Shown here piece after piece: positions 21,788 through 32,338 of a stretch of DNA of 41,779 bases. Source of the DNA: Proteromonas lacertae. Lineage: Eukaryota. Location: positions 1 through 41,779 of the forward strand of contig NGBS01000043.1 of assembly GCA_002245135.1 (NCBI GenBank), given 5' to 3'. Numbering within the stretch: the stretch's first letter is position 1; each line of letters begins with the position of its first letter. The translations under genes were made by a program, and so were the position numbers. The notes under the pieces are model-generated. The model ran no database searches. It was not told the origin of the DNA and saw only the letters and a list, made by a program, of their open reading frames with translations.

Positions 21788-22948
21788 ATAAAACGAAATA
21801 AGCTATTAGTATTAATTCACATAGATTTAATAATATTTTTTAGTTATATTGTTTTATGGTCAATTTTAATAAGAAATAATTTATTAATAAAAAGAAAAGA
21901 AATTTCTTTTTTGAGAATAATAAAGCATAAACTATATATTAGTAATTCTTATTATGATTCAAGATTTAAATTAACAAGAATTTTAATATCTATCGATCCA
22001 ACTTCAAAATTTGTTCTTAGAATAAATGATGATAATATGAATAATCTGAATTATTCAATTGTAATATATGATAAATGTATGAAATCAGAAAGTCATTTTA
22101 ATTTAAAATATGGTAATATTATTATAAATAACACAGAATTATTTCATCGTTTAAATATATTGCATAAAAATATTTCTTATCCAGTAAGTATAGATTTTGC
22201 TTATACAATATCATAAAAGCATTCTATTACATGGTGTTTAACATCATTAAGAAATAAATACGATGCAATAATTCAATTTAATGAAACAATAAGTTTAGCA
22301 ATCAAATATAAAGTTAAAAAAATAATTTTATACTATTCTGATATAAGCGATAGAATAATGAATGTAATTAAACAATATGAAGAATTAGGTATAATAGAAT
22401 CTTATTATTTTAGAGAGAATTCTGAATCATGTAAAATGAAAATATGTGGAAAATTACTTCAATTAAATGATTGCTTTTATAAATCTATGCATTATTCAGA
22501 GTATATTATAAATGTAGATATAGATGAAATAATAATACCTAAGATTCATTATAATTATCAAAGACTTTTAGCATGGAGCAGCACATCATATCCCTTCACA
22601 AATATGCTAATATTCTATTCTAAACTTTGTATTAAAACATTAAATATTTATAAAGAGGATAGAAAAACTCCTGAAGACTATATGAAATTACCTACAGTAA
22701 TAGATTCCAGCATTTATAGTATTAAGAATTGCTGCACAGTATCAGTAATAAAAAATGCCTGCTCAAAATTTATTATAAAGCCGTCTATGATTGAAGCATT
22801 ATGGTTACATGACATATGGAAAGGTGAATATAACTATTCTGTAATTCCTATCGCTATAGCATATACAAGACACACAAGACATTTATCATATGGATTAAAA
22901 AGAGTATGCTTTAATTATTCTTATGAAGAAATAAAATTCCAATTATAA
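21788..22948 (+). pseudogene. GT92 (DUF23)-like glycosyltransferase with one nonsense codon
   Basis: ORFs 21911-22216 and 22358-22948 share a frame and are separated only by TAA at 22214-22216. Motifs WCLT, LNDCFYK, VDIDEIIIP and K....P......H. The hydrophobic anchor from ~21800 has no ATG. Confidence 0.75.
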
Positions 22949-23055
22949 TTGAAATTAATTTGATTATTGAAATAATAATCAGTGATTTGAGGAATATTAA
23001 ACAGGATAGAGACTATTTTTAATAAAACTAACACTACCTTATTTTTACAATCCCT

Positions 23056-24276
23056 TTATGTTAATGAAAATATATTATTAAATTCATAATACAAAGATAT
23101 TAACAAAGTCAAATTTGCATCAAACTCTTGTCTTTCTGAATTGTAATTAGAATATACTCCATAGTAATTGAATCCTAAAATACTTGACAGTTTAGCATAA
23201 CATAATACAGGAAGATTCTTTCTTATTAATTCCATTATATTTACATTACTTTTTGATACAATTATATTGGTAAAGCCTGCTCCATGTGGTCCAACTATAA
23301 CATCTGCTTTAGAGAACATATCAAGCATTGACGAGAAAGTTGTATTAGGTAAATATATCTTACATATGATTTTGCTATTGTTAATGCATATATGATGAAC
23401 CATATAATCAAAGTATTTAATTTTTCTAGAATAATATCGTTTTATGAATAATATTACTTTTTTTTTGTAATACTTTTTTCTGCTAAGTGTTAAAGATTTT
23501 AAAAGCAAGTGCCTTAGTTCATATATAGAATATGTATATAATGACGATGTACATCCTACTCTATCCATAACAATAACATATTTTGTATGTATTAATCCAT
23601 GAATTAATTTATTTCTCTCAATTCCTATTAACTTTAAGTAATTAATAATAGCATTATTATAATGAATATGAATTTTAAAATGATTAATATTATTTAAAAT
23701 TTTAATTAAAGGTACAATTTTTGTTAAACAGTTAATAATTGAATGATAAATAGCGGATCCAAGATATTGTGTAATTTGAAATACTAAGTTATATGATTTA
23801 GTTTTTTTCTCATAAAATGGTAATTCTTTAATTTCTTTTTTGCATCTGCATCCTCCTCTTATTGAAAAATACTCATTACATGGTGTTATAATAGAACCAT
23901 ATTCATTGATACGTATATCTTTAAAGAAATATATTGTGTATGATTCATTTAACATATTTATAGAGCTTTTTATTTTTTTGATTCTATTTTTATTTCTAAT
24001 TATAGATTTGGCATATTTGAGTTTTGCTTTATTTTGAATTCGTAAAAATAAATAATTATTATGTGGAAATATGTCATTGACATACACACATCTAAAAAAT
24101 CTAAATGTAGTATTATAACACTTCATATCAATAATTATACTCATTTTTTTAATGTATGATATTATTATATCATATTTAATTGAATGATTTAAATATATAT
24201 AGTTACAGATATTAATTATTATTAAAAGTAGCAGAAATGTAACAAAGATTATAAATTGATTTATTTTTATTTTCAA
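23056..24276 (-). CDS. GT61 (DUF563)-like glycosyltransferase
   Basis: TM anchor, AIYHSI, ILFIKR...R and FSKADVIVGPHGAGFTNII..IMEL. The start codon is uncertain (TTG). Confidence 0.85.
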   Translation of the reverse strand: MKIKINQFIIFVTFLLLLIIINICNYIYLNHSIKYDIIISYIKKMSIIIDMKCYNTTFRFFRCVYVNDIFPHNNYLFLRIQNKAKLKYAKSIIRNKNRIKKIKSSINMLNESYTIYFFKDIRINEYGSIITPCNEYFSIRGGCRCKKEIKELPFYEKKTKSYNLVFQITQYLGSAIYHSIINCLTKIVPLIKILNNINHFKIHIHYNNAIINYLKLIGIERNKLIHGLIHTKYVIVMDRVGCTSSLYTYSIYELRHLLLKSLTLSRKKYYKKKVILFIKRYYSRKIKYFDYMVHHICINNSKIICKIYLPNTTFSSMLDMFSKADVIVGPHGAGFTNIIVSKSNVNIMELIRKNLPVLCYAKLSSILGFNYYGVYSNYNSERQEFDANLTLLISLYYEFNNIFSLT

Positions 24277-24297
24277 ATAGTGTTAACTTATTATTTA

Positions 24298-25370
24298 ATG
24301 TATATTCATTTCTTTTTATATAGTTTTACTATAATTTTATTATTCAATTATATTAGAAGATATGTAAAAAATATAAAAGTTGGTGTAATTTATGGTATTG
24401 AAGCAGGCGGAGGATTAGGAAATAAAATAGCTGGATTACCAGGAACATTTCTGCTATCGCTATTAACTAATAGAGAATTTCATAGTATATAGTTTTAAAA
24501 TCTAATACTCATATAGTTATAGGTACTACTATTAACAAATATTTCGATACAAAAATAGTAGATCCAAAGCCATTAGTCAGTATTGTAAAAGTAAATTTAT
24601 CATTAACATTTTCGTTTTATAAATATTGTTTAAATCCAATTGATATGATAATAGAATTAACTAAATTAAATATATACTCTTTATCAATTAAAAGTATTCA
24701 TGATCTTATTCCAACTATAATAAAATGTAAAATATTTTTTTTTAATTTGAAGCATTACCATTTTATTAAATGTTCTAATAAGAATGATGTATTAAATCAA
24801 ATACTTGAAGTTAATTATGTATTATTCAAAAAGTATTTCATTTTTCATTCTTTATATATTAAAGAAGGAAATAATATTCTAAAAAAGTATAGAAAATATA
24901 AATTAATAGGAGTTCATGTTCGTCTTAATGATAAATGCCTTAAAGAATGTAAAATTAAAAATAATGATGCAGTAGAAATAAAAAAAATTGCAGAAAAGAT
25001 TTATAAGAAGAAGTACTATTTTGTATTGAGTTCATTTAATAATAATTTTACAAAAGAATTTACTATTTTAAATAGCAACACTATAACATATAAACCTAAT
25101 ATAGAAGTTAAACATAGCTCAATATCTCCTAATATAAGTACAGCAGATATTGATAAGACTATTGTAGATATGTATATAATAAGTGAATCAGATATTCTGC
25201 TTCTTAATGGTTTATCTACTTTTTCATTGATTATGTTGTATAGAGGTATTTATATATATCATAATAAATGTAGCAAAAAACAATATATGTTCTGGACTGG
25301 AAAAGAAGTATACGATCATTTAAACAGATATAAAAGAAATATTAATTGCTATAATAGTTCATTTATATAG
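24298..25370 (+). CDS. Fucosyltransferase-like GT-B enzyme (GT23/GT37/NodZ-like), two exons 24298-24484 and 24517-25370
   Basis: GGGLGNKIAG, IGVHVR and DMYIISESD....STFS. Removing a 32-nt GT-AG intron joins ORFs 24256-24492 and 24645-25370 in frame with no stops. Confidence 0.8.
24485..24516 (+). other. Predicted 32-nt spliceosomal intron
   Basis: GTATATAGTTTTAAAATCTAATACTCATATAG. An alternative acceptor at 24522 is also in frame. Confidence 0.75.
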
Positions 25371-26483
25371 TTTAATGCTTAGAAGAGAATTTTTAGTGAA
25401 AGTAAATAATTTTAATTTTTGAATAACCATTTCGTCTTCATAAAACCAATTTTTGCATGATTTAGCATGATAAGACGGTTCATTTCTACAATGTAAAACA
25501 TATCCTTCATTTAATGGTACTGAAACTTTAAAACATCTTCTTTTTAAAATAACATCATGAATAGTAACATGCAATACACAATTTATTTTATTAATGATAT
25601 ACTTCCATAATTTTTTGGGACAAATAGAATAATTACCTCTATTAAAGAATCCTTTTCCATGAGTTATTGTTAATTTAGGATAAAAATGATATGATGAAGC
25701 TAAATTGTTAAGATGATTAAAAAAGTAAATGCTATTGTTATATATAGGTGAGTATATAATTTCATCATGATCTGTGAATATTATTCTTTCAGATGCATAT
25801 TTATATCTATGAAAACAATCATTATGTTTCCATAAATGAAATCTTTTAATTTCAAACAAATTATGACTAAAATTATCATATATGACATCCATAATTCCCA
25901 ATTTAATGTAATACTTAAGCATCTTTCTCATATTTTCAGAACTATTAGTATAATAAACAATAAATTTTTCCACTCCAAAATACCTATAATACTCAATAAA
26001 TTCTATAAATCTTCTTGTATTATTGTAACTAAATAAAGTAGTTAAACATAGCAAAAGTTTATAATTATTCGAATTATCATTTCTGAGGTGATCAGATATA
26101 TAAATGTTTGATATGTAAAAATCATATTTACTAATATTTCGTTTTGGTATATCGCATAATAAATTATAATATTTATCGTGAACTACCTTATATTGTCTAA
26201 ATGATGCTTTAGTTCTTATGATTCTTTTGCCTTGAAATGCGCAATATTTATTCTTTAGTATATTCGGATCATCATTTATGGTTGTATTAGTAACAAATAG
26301 AATTAATCTTACAATATTTTTTTCAAAAATATATGAAAAAATATATATATATCTTTCCAGCTTTATAGGATTTAAAATATATTTATATAAATCAAAATTA
26401 TATAAATTAAAACAATAATTATAAAAAAATACATATAAAATAATTATATTAGATAATTTTATGAAAATAGAAAATAATTTCAT
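25359..26483 (-). CDS. GT92 (DUF23)-like glycosyltransferase
   Basis: LCLTTL, EFIEYYRYFGVEKFIVY, NDCFHRYKY, DHDEIIY and KYII...IH...LHCR. Confidence 0.85.
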   Translation of the reverse strand: MKLFSIFIKLSNIIILYVFFYNYCFNLYNFDLYKYILNPIKLERYIYIFSYIFEKNIVRLILFVTNTTINDDPNILKNKYCAFQGKRIIRTKASFRQYKVVHDKYYNLLCDIPKRNISKYDFYISNIYISDHLRNDNSNNYKLLLCLTTLFSYNNTRRFIEFIEYYRYFGVEKFIVYYTNSSENMRKMLKYYIKLGIMDVIYDNFSHNLFEIKRFHLWKHNDCFHRYKYASERIIFTDHDEIIYSPIYNNSIYFFNHLNNLASSYHFYPKLTITHGKGFFNRGNYSICPKKLWKYIINKINCVLHVTIHDVILKRRCFKVSVPLNEGYVLHCRNEPSYHAKSCKNWFYEDEMVIQKLKLFTFTKNSLLSIKLYK

Positions 26484-26505
26484 TATGTTTAAATAGAATT
26501 TATAA

Positions 26506-27564
26506 ATACCAACAATAAATTACTTCATAATTCTTACATTTGCATATATTATTGCTATTATTTTTAATTTTCATAATAATAATAATGATATAGTCAAATA
26601 TAATGAATTTAATGAGAATATAAAAACAATATTATCCAATGATATATATAATAAATTATTCTTAAATATAAGTGTAATATATAAAGGTAAAGCTATGCAC
26701 AATGAAAAATACTTATATAAATATGCATATGTTAGCTTTACATCAGGAGAAAAATATCTGAGATTAATAAATGGAACTATCTATTCTGTACATTATTTTT
26801 CTGTTTATCCTCTAATATTATATATATCTGGAAATATTACTGTTAGTATGATGAATATATTCCATTTATATGATAGATTATTAGTGATAAATATACCAGC
26901 AGAAGTGAAAAGTGTATATTTCATGAAACTACGAGTATCATTGTTAGCTCCAGTTTTAGTTGGCCAAATTGTTGAATCTGATACAATAGTTTTACCAGGA
27001 GCAGATTGTTTGTTCAGAAGAATAGAGCAAGAAATTACGTGCAAATATTCATTTCCTATGATGACAAGACACACTGATATTAGATCAACAAAAATAGGAA
27101 ATGGAACAACAAATCCTTTAAATTATCCTATGCATAAACGATCAATGAGATATATGCATGCACATATGTCATGGACTTATTATTCTATAACATATATTGC
27201 AAAATTATATATGAAATCCATGACACTACCGTATAAGAATGATGAACATGCTCTTAATGTAAACTTATGGGAATCAAAAGCATACAAGCAATGGTGTACA
27301 TATGATCCGTTATATACTGCAGTAGATATATCTAATAACAACAAAATCTTTAAAAGAACATTTGATAAAATTACTTTATTCAATTTTATTCATGGATGTA
27401 AATCACAACATATACAAAATAAATTATTATTGAAGTTGAAAATTATAAAAAAGAAGAAATATATTATTATTTATAGCTTAAATAAAACTATTCATTTTAC
27501 GAAATTATGTAATGTTGGTAAAGAAATAAGGAAAAGTATTGAAAAAGAAAAATGTTTAGTTTAG
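26506..27564 (+). CDS. Putative GT-A glycosyltransferase, family unassigned
   Basis: SVHYFS, ESDTIV, NDEHALNVNLW and FIHGCK. The frame is open upstream of ATG 26695 through a TM segment to ATA at 26506. Confidence 0.55.
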   Translation: MPTINYFIILTFAYIIAIIFNFHNNNNDIVKYNEFNENIKTILSNDIYNKLFLNISVIYKGKAMHNEKYLYKYAYVSFTSGEKYLRLINGTIYSVHYFSVYPLILYISGNITVSMMNIFHLYDRLLVINIPAEVKSVYFMKLRVSLLAPVLVGQIVESDTIVLPGADCLFRRIEQEITCKYSFPMMTRHTDIRSTKIGNGTTNPLNYPMHKRSMRYMHAHMSWTYYSITYIAKLYMKSMTLPYKNDEHALNVNLWESKAYKQWCTYDPLYTAVDISNNNKIFKRTFDKITLFNFIHGCKSQHIQNKLLLKLKIIKKKKYIIIYSLNKTIHFTKLCNVGKEIRKSIEKEKCLV

Positions 27565-28544
27565 TAAATAACAAATTAGTTGATATGAAATTTATCCTTT
27601 ATAGTTTATTGATTTTTATTACCCTAATAATATTAACTAAAACTATTATTTTATATATAAAACATCCTTCAAAATATATTTACGTTGTATTAACAGTATT
27701 TATGAGAAATAATTTATTGAAACAATTAGAATTAATAGCAAAACAATCAGTTACAAATACCTTTAAAGTTCATATTATGGTTTTTCAAAGCGGGATGTAT
27801 ATTAATACATCATCGCTAATTAACAATTGGGTTATTCATCACAAATTTGATTTTTCTTATATACATTCTACTATAGAGACAGGTTTTTATGGCAGATTTT
27901 TAGCACCACTAATAGCATTTACAACAGAAAATTCATATTTTATAATAATTGATGATGATGTGATATGGGGGATTAAATATTTCGAAAATATGATTAGAGT
28001 AGTTGATTCAGGATCACTAGCTGTAAGGATGGGAAGACTGGTAAATAATGAATCTAAAGAATTAACTGTTGAAAACGTTTGGAAAGTTAATTTACCTGTA
28101 ACCTATAATGAAGATATAGAATATGATTTTGGTGGTCATATGTGGGCAGGAAAAATAAAATGGATAAGAAATGTATGGAATCATCCTCCTCCTACCATTC
28201 ATACTTCAGAAGATTTCTGGATCAGTGCTGCTTTAAAAGTATTTTATAATATTACAACAAAGAAGCCTAAATGCCCATCAAGCACAATACCAGTATCACC
28301 TGATTATTGTGCTTGTTCTGATAAAACTCAAAATCCAAATAAACATGAACCTCTTCATTTAGGTGGAAAAATAATACATGAGAATAGAGCATTCGCTATA
28401 GATTTGATAAGAAAAACATACAAAGTACCTTTATTATTAGAATTTCATCCTAATTTATTATACACAATTAGAAGAAAATATTCATATAATACAACTTTTA
28501 AAGCAAAGGAAGACTATATGAAAGATTGTTTATATTACATATAG
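27552..28544 (+). CDS. GT2-like glycosyltransferase
   Basis: TM anchor, VVLTVFMR, GFYGRF, IIIDDDVIWG, DFGGHMW and EDFWIS. The real start may be the second Met. Confidence 0.7.
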   Translation: MFSLVNNKLVDMKFILYSLLIFITLIILTKTIILYIKHPSKYIYVVLTVFMRNNLLKQLELIAKQSVTNTFKVHIMVFQSGMYINTSSLINNWVIHHKFDFSYIHSTIETGFYGRFLAPLIAFTTENSYFIIIDDDVIWGIKYFENMIRVVDSGSLAVRMGRLVNNESKELTVENVWKVNLPVTYNEDIEYDFGGHMWAGKIKWIRNVWNHPPPTIHTSEDFWISAALKVFYNITTKKPKCPSSTIPVSPDYCACSDKTQNPNKHEPLHLGGKIIHENRAFAIDLIRKTYKVPLLLEFHPNLLYTIRRKYSYNTTFKAKEDYMKDCLYYI

Positions 28545-28576
28545 TTTAATCAATTCACTCAAGCTGAAAAGGTTAA

Positions 28577-30214
28577 ATGAATCTGTCTTATTTTTAACAC
28601 TTTTTAATACTTTTTTATACATATTAAAATTATTTGTTGATATATATCAACACAAAAAAGAAATAACATTCAAAATGCTTGATTTAAATCTACAACATAA
28701 ATTAACACAATTATATAAAAAATATGATAATTGCTCAAGTAAATATCCAATGGAATGTGGATCAGTTTATGAAGGTAAGCATATTGGTCATCCTATATCT
28801 ATGTACAAAACGGGTACTTAACATTTGAGCATGTGTTCAATCGATTAAACTTGGGGTTTATAGAGGGTTTTCGACTATTCTAATTAGATATTATTATTCA
28901 TCTTTGTGTCTCTTAATTATAAGAATAGTCTAAGCTTTATACATAACCTACATGCTAATTCAGTTAATTAGATTTCGAATGTTTCATTAACTAATAGTTT
29001 CAAAAAAATATATAAATTATGTTTAGATGGAATCTATGCTTTGTTTTTTTATATAAAAACTAATGAATAAGAAATCTTAAAATTTATGTTGTAAAATTTT
29101 CAAGCCAAATCTGATACTTTTTTAAAGATTTTTCATTAAATAGTATTTGAATGTAGAAACAAAACATAGATCCCATCTAAACATAATTTATATATTTTTT
29201 TGAAACTATTAGTTAATGAAACATTCGAAATCTAATTAACTGAATTAGCATGTAGGTTATGTATAAAGCTTAGACTATTCTTATAATTAAGAGACACAAA
29301 GATGAATAATAATATCTAATTAGAATAGTCGAAAACCCTCTATAAACCCCAAGTTTAATCGATTGAACACATGCTCAAATGTTAACTACCCGTACAAAAC
29401 ATATTTAAGTAGTTATCCTATTAAATTTTCCGTTTTATCTCAATCAACAAAAGCATGCTTCAAATCTTCATTAATTATTTCTGTTCTATCATCTACAGAT
29501 GCATTTATAAATAGATATTCATATAGAAAATCCTACACTATATACAAAAAATATTATCCTTTGTATTTCTTTATTGGTTTATCAAGAAATAATACAATTA
29601 ATGAATTAATATTTGAAGAAAATAAAAAATATAATGATATGATAATATTTGATTATATAAGTAACTACTATAATAATTCAGTTCAGTTTATCATGAGCAT
29701 TAGATGGCTAAATAGAAATTGTAATGATTATAGATATATACTTTCTCAACAAAGTGATACCTTCGTAAATATTCCATATTATCAAAAATATTTTGAAAAG
29801 TCATCCAAAAATCATACAATCATCTCTATAGTCAGGAAAAAATCAAAAGTAATAAGAGATAAAAATAGTCCATGGTATGTACCTGAAACAATATATAATG
29901 AAACATCAATCTGGCCTAATTTTCCAGTAATAGCTCATATATTTTTATACAAGAATACAATAATGAAAATATTAAATGCTTCACATTATGTAAAGAAGAT
30001 TTTATTTATGGATGATGTTTATTTGGGAATGCTATTAGAATATTCAAATTTAACACACAGTTTACAGAACAACTTACCATGTATATATTATTATAATTAC
30101 AAGAAAATATTGAGTATTAGTGAATGCAAAAATAAAATATTAGCATTGCATGAAGTTAAACCAGGATTAATATACTATTTATCACAAAAAATTTATAAAT
30201 ATAATAATGATTAA
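28577..30214 (+). pseudogene. GT31-like glycosyltransferase interrupted by a MULE-like foldback element
   Basis: Removing 28812-29391 plus one TSD joins ...GHPISMYK to TYLSSYPIKF in frame. Motifs ENKKYNDMI, QQSDTFVN, RDKNSPWYVP and MDDVYLG. ATG 28577 needs a 1-nt correction in a T-run. Confidence 0.85.
28812..29391. mobile_element. Mutator (MULE)-like foldback element, 580 bp, ~227-bp TIRs
   Basis: Near-perfect inverted arms at 28812-29038 and 29165-29391 with GGG...CCC ends. Perfect 9-bp TSD GTACAAAAC at 28803-28811 and 29392-29400. Confidence 0.92.
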
Positions 30215-30307
30215 TATAACAAGACTTTTACGAGATTGATGTACTACATCTTATCAAGCCAAATAGTTTTCCTTTCATAACAATTATCATTAAAAAAATT
30301 ATTGGTT

Positions 30308-31156
30308 TTATTTTCTCAATTTTGCTACAATATTTGATTTTGTTATTAACGTACAGTTAAATTTTTTAATTATTATATATCCCAAATTAAATAAAATATT
30401 AAACATTTTTTCAATTTCATATTTTCCATATGCATCTATTTTCCCACAACTTACTTCCATGTGTATAAATTCTGCCCTATGATTAATTAGGAATTTTTTA
30501 CCTCCTTCAATTAAATCATATTCTCCTCCTTCGATATCAATTTTTATCATTGATACTTTTGTGGGTATAAGATTATCAAAATCATCCAATTTTTTTACAT
30601 TTATAATTTCTTCATAATCTGTATGATTATAGTATAATGATGAGTAGGACCAATTATCTTTAGCTATTTTCATATACTGTTTTTTTTCTTTTCTCCCTAA
30701 TGCGTAAGGATATATAGTTATATATTTTGAAAAATTTGAATTTAAGAAAGTAGTCATGCTAAATTGAAAAAGATTATTCGGAAGAGGTTCAAATGCATAG
30801 ACTTTTACTCTAGCTTGAGCAAATACAAATGAACATGAGCCAATATTAGCTCCAAAATCTATGAATATACCATCTTTACATCCTGATTTATAAATATTAA
30901 ACATTTCTTGACATTCAGGCCACATTCCTCTTCCTCTTATAGTATTAGAAACAGCATCACTAGTCTTAAGCAATTGAATAAAAGAAGCGTCAGAATATAC
31001 TGCTTTGCTAAAATAATATGATTGCTCATTTATAATTGTAGGAAGTACAATATGTTTAATTTTTGTGATGTTATTACAAATATTATGATGGATATATAGA
31101 TATAAAACAATACAGATTACAATAAAAAGAAATGTAATTTCTGAAATGAACAACAT
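30308..31156 (-). CDS. FkbM-family methyltransferase with N-terminal membrane anchor
   Basis: FIDFGANIG, VYAFEP, YPYALG, KKLDD and IKIDIEGGE. Confidence 0.9.
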   Translation of the reverse strand: MLFISEITFLFIVICIVLYLYIHHNICNNITKIKHIVLPTIINEQSYYFSKAVYSDASFIQLLKTSDAVSNTIRGRGMWPECQEMFNIYKSGCKDGIFIDFGANIGSCSFVFAQARVKVYAFEPLPNNLFQFSMTTFLNSNFSKYITIYPYALGRKEKKQYMKIAKDNWSYSSLYYNHTDYEEIINVKKLDDFDNLIPTKVSMIKIDIEGGEYDLIEGGKKFLINHRAEFIHMEVSCGKIDAYGKYEIEKMFNILFNLGYIIIKKFNCTLITKSNIVAKLRK

Positions 31157-31488
31157 GATATTCTATCTGGAAATTCCTAATAAAGGAAATTTCCTTTATA
31201 GCAACTTTCAATTGTTATAGAAGGAATAAATACAATTTTATATGTTAAAAATTTAGCAAATTAATAACATGAGCTGAAATTTCAAAAAACAAAATACCGT
31301 ATTATAAGGTAAGAAGATATATAAAAATGCCTATGGAAAAGTCTTTAAAAACCTGGTTGTGGAGATGGATCAGGGAAAACAATATTTATTTCAACATTTT
31401 TTAATGGACAATCAGCAAAGAACTTTAGATAAAGTTGCAGACGGTGATCATTTATAGTTATGACCTAGGTTCACAGTGTTAGTGTCTG

Positions 31489-32227
31489 CCAGACACTTTA
31501 AAACAAACTAAATGCATATTATTACTTGTTTTAATGAAAAATTGTTACTTTTGTACTTATTTTGTCATATAACTTACATCTGCAATATACTCTTTTGTGA
31601 ACTTCAGTATTGTATATATGAAAACGCATTTATTTTTATTTTTTGTTTTAGTGTTTCAATCACTACTAGAAACTAAAATACATTAGCTGAGATTAATAAT
31701 ATACGTAAATATTGATGATAAGATACTTAAAAACAAAATGCAATGTTCTGCAACTTACTTATACAATATTTTATAATATTTATGAGTAAACAACATTTGT
31801 TGCGAAATAAATATACTGTGCTTCATAATAAAAAGTACTCATTCATGCCATTGCATAACTAATATATTATTTTGCATATTACTTGTGCTTTATATCAAGC
31901 CATTTCATATTACATATATATGATTGCAAAATAGATATACAAACTTTAAGCCTTTTCAACTTCACTATTTTCGGTTTTAAAATATTTCAATATATAAGCT
32001 ATCATTATTTGGTTATAACACAAGCAATACAATTATTATAAAATGTATATAGTATAAATTCTTTAATAAATATTTATACAATACTGAAGTATATTGTAGA
32101 TGTAGGTTATATGACAAAATAAATACAAAAGTAACAATTTTTCATTAAAATAAGTAATAATATGCATTTAGATTGTTTTAAAGTGTCTGGTAGACAAACG
32201 GCCAACTCTGCCAAACGGCACACAACA
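31489..32227. mobile_element. TGT-ended non-autonomous element with ~100-140-bp TIRs, left tip missing
   Basis: 31489-~31592 is the inverse of ~32088-32190. The right end is ...CAAACGGCACACAACA. Confidence 0.82.
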
Positions 32228-32338
32228 GGCATTATTTATGTGATAAATGTGTTAACATGATGGTTCGGGTAAAATAGTTATATCTCTTATAATTTGAAGG
32301 AAGATCATAAATAGTTTATAATTCAACATATAAACTAA

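Noticed and set aside
134..22216. Stop-codon reassignment suggested by in-frame stops (TAG 134, TGA 7944, TAA 8966, TAA 22214)
   Set aside because: All three stop types occur, each only sporadically and alongside frameshifts, while long ORFs are otherwise stop-free. Decay or sequence error is the simpler explanation.
31270..31480. Possible coding fragment upstream of the TGT element
   Set aside because: Only short open frames with no recognisable motif.
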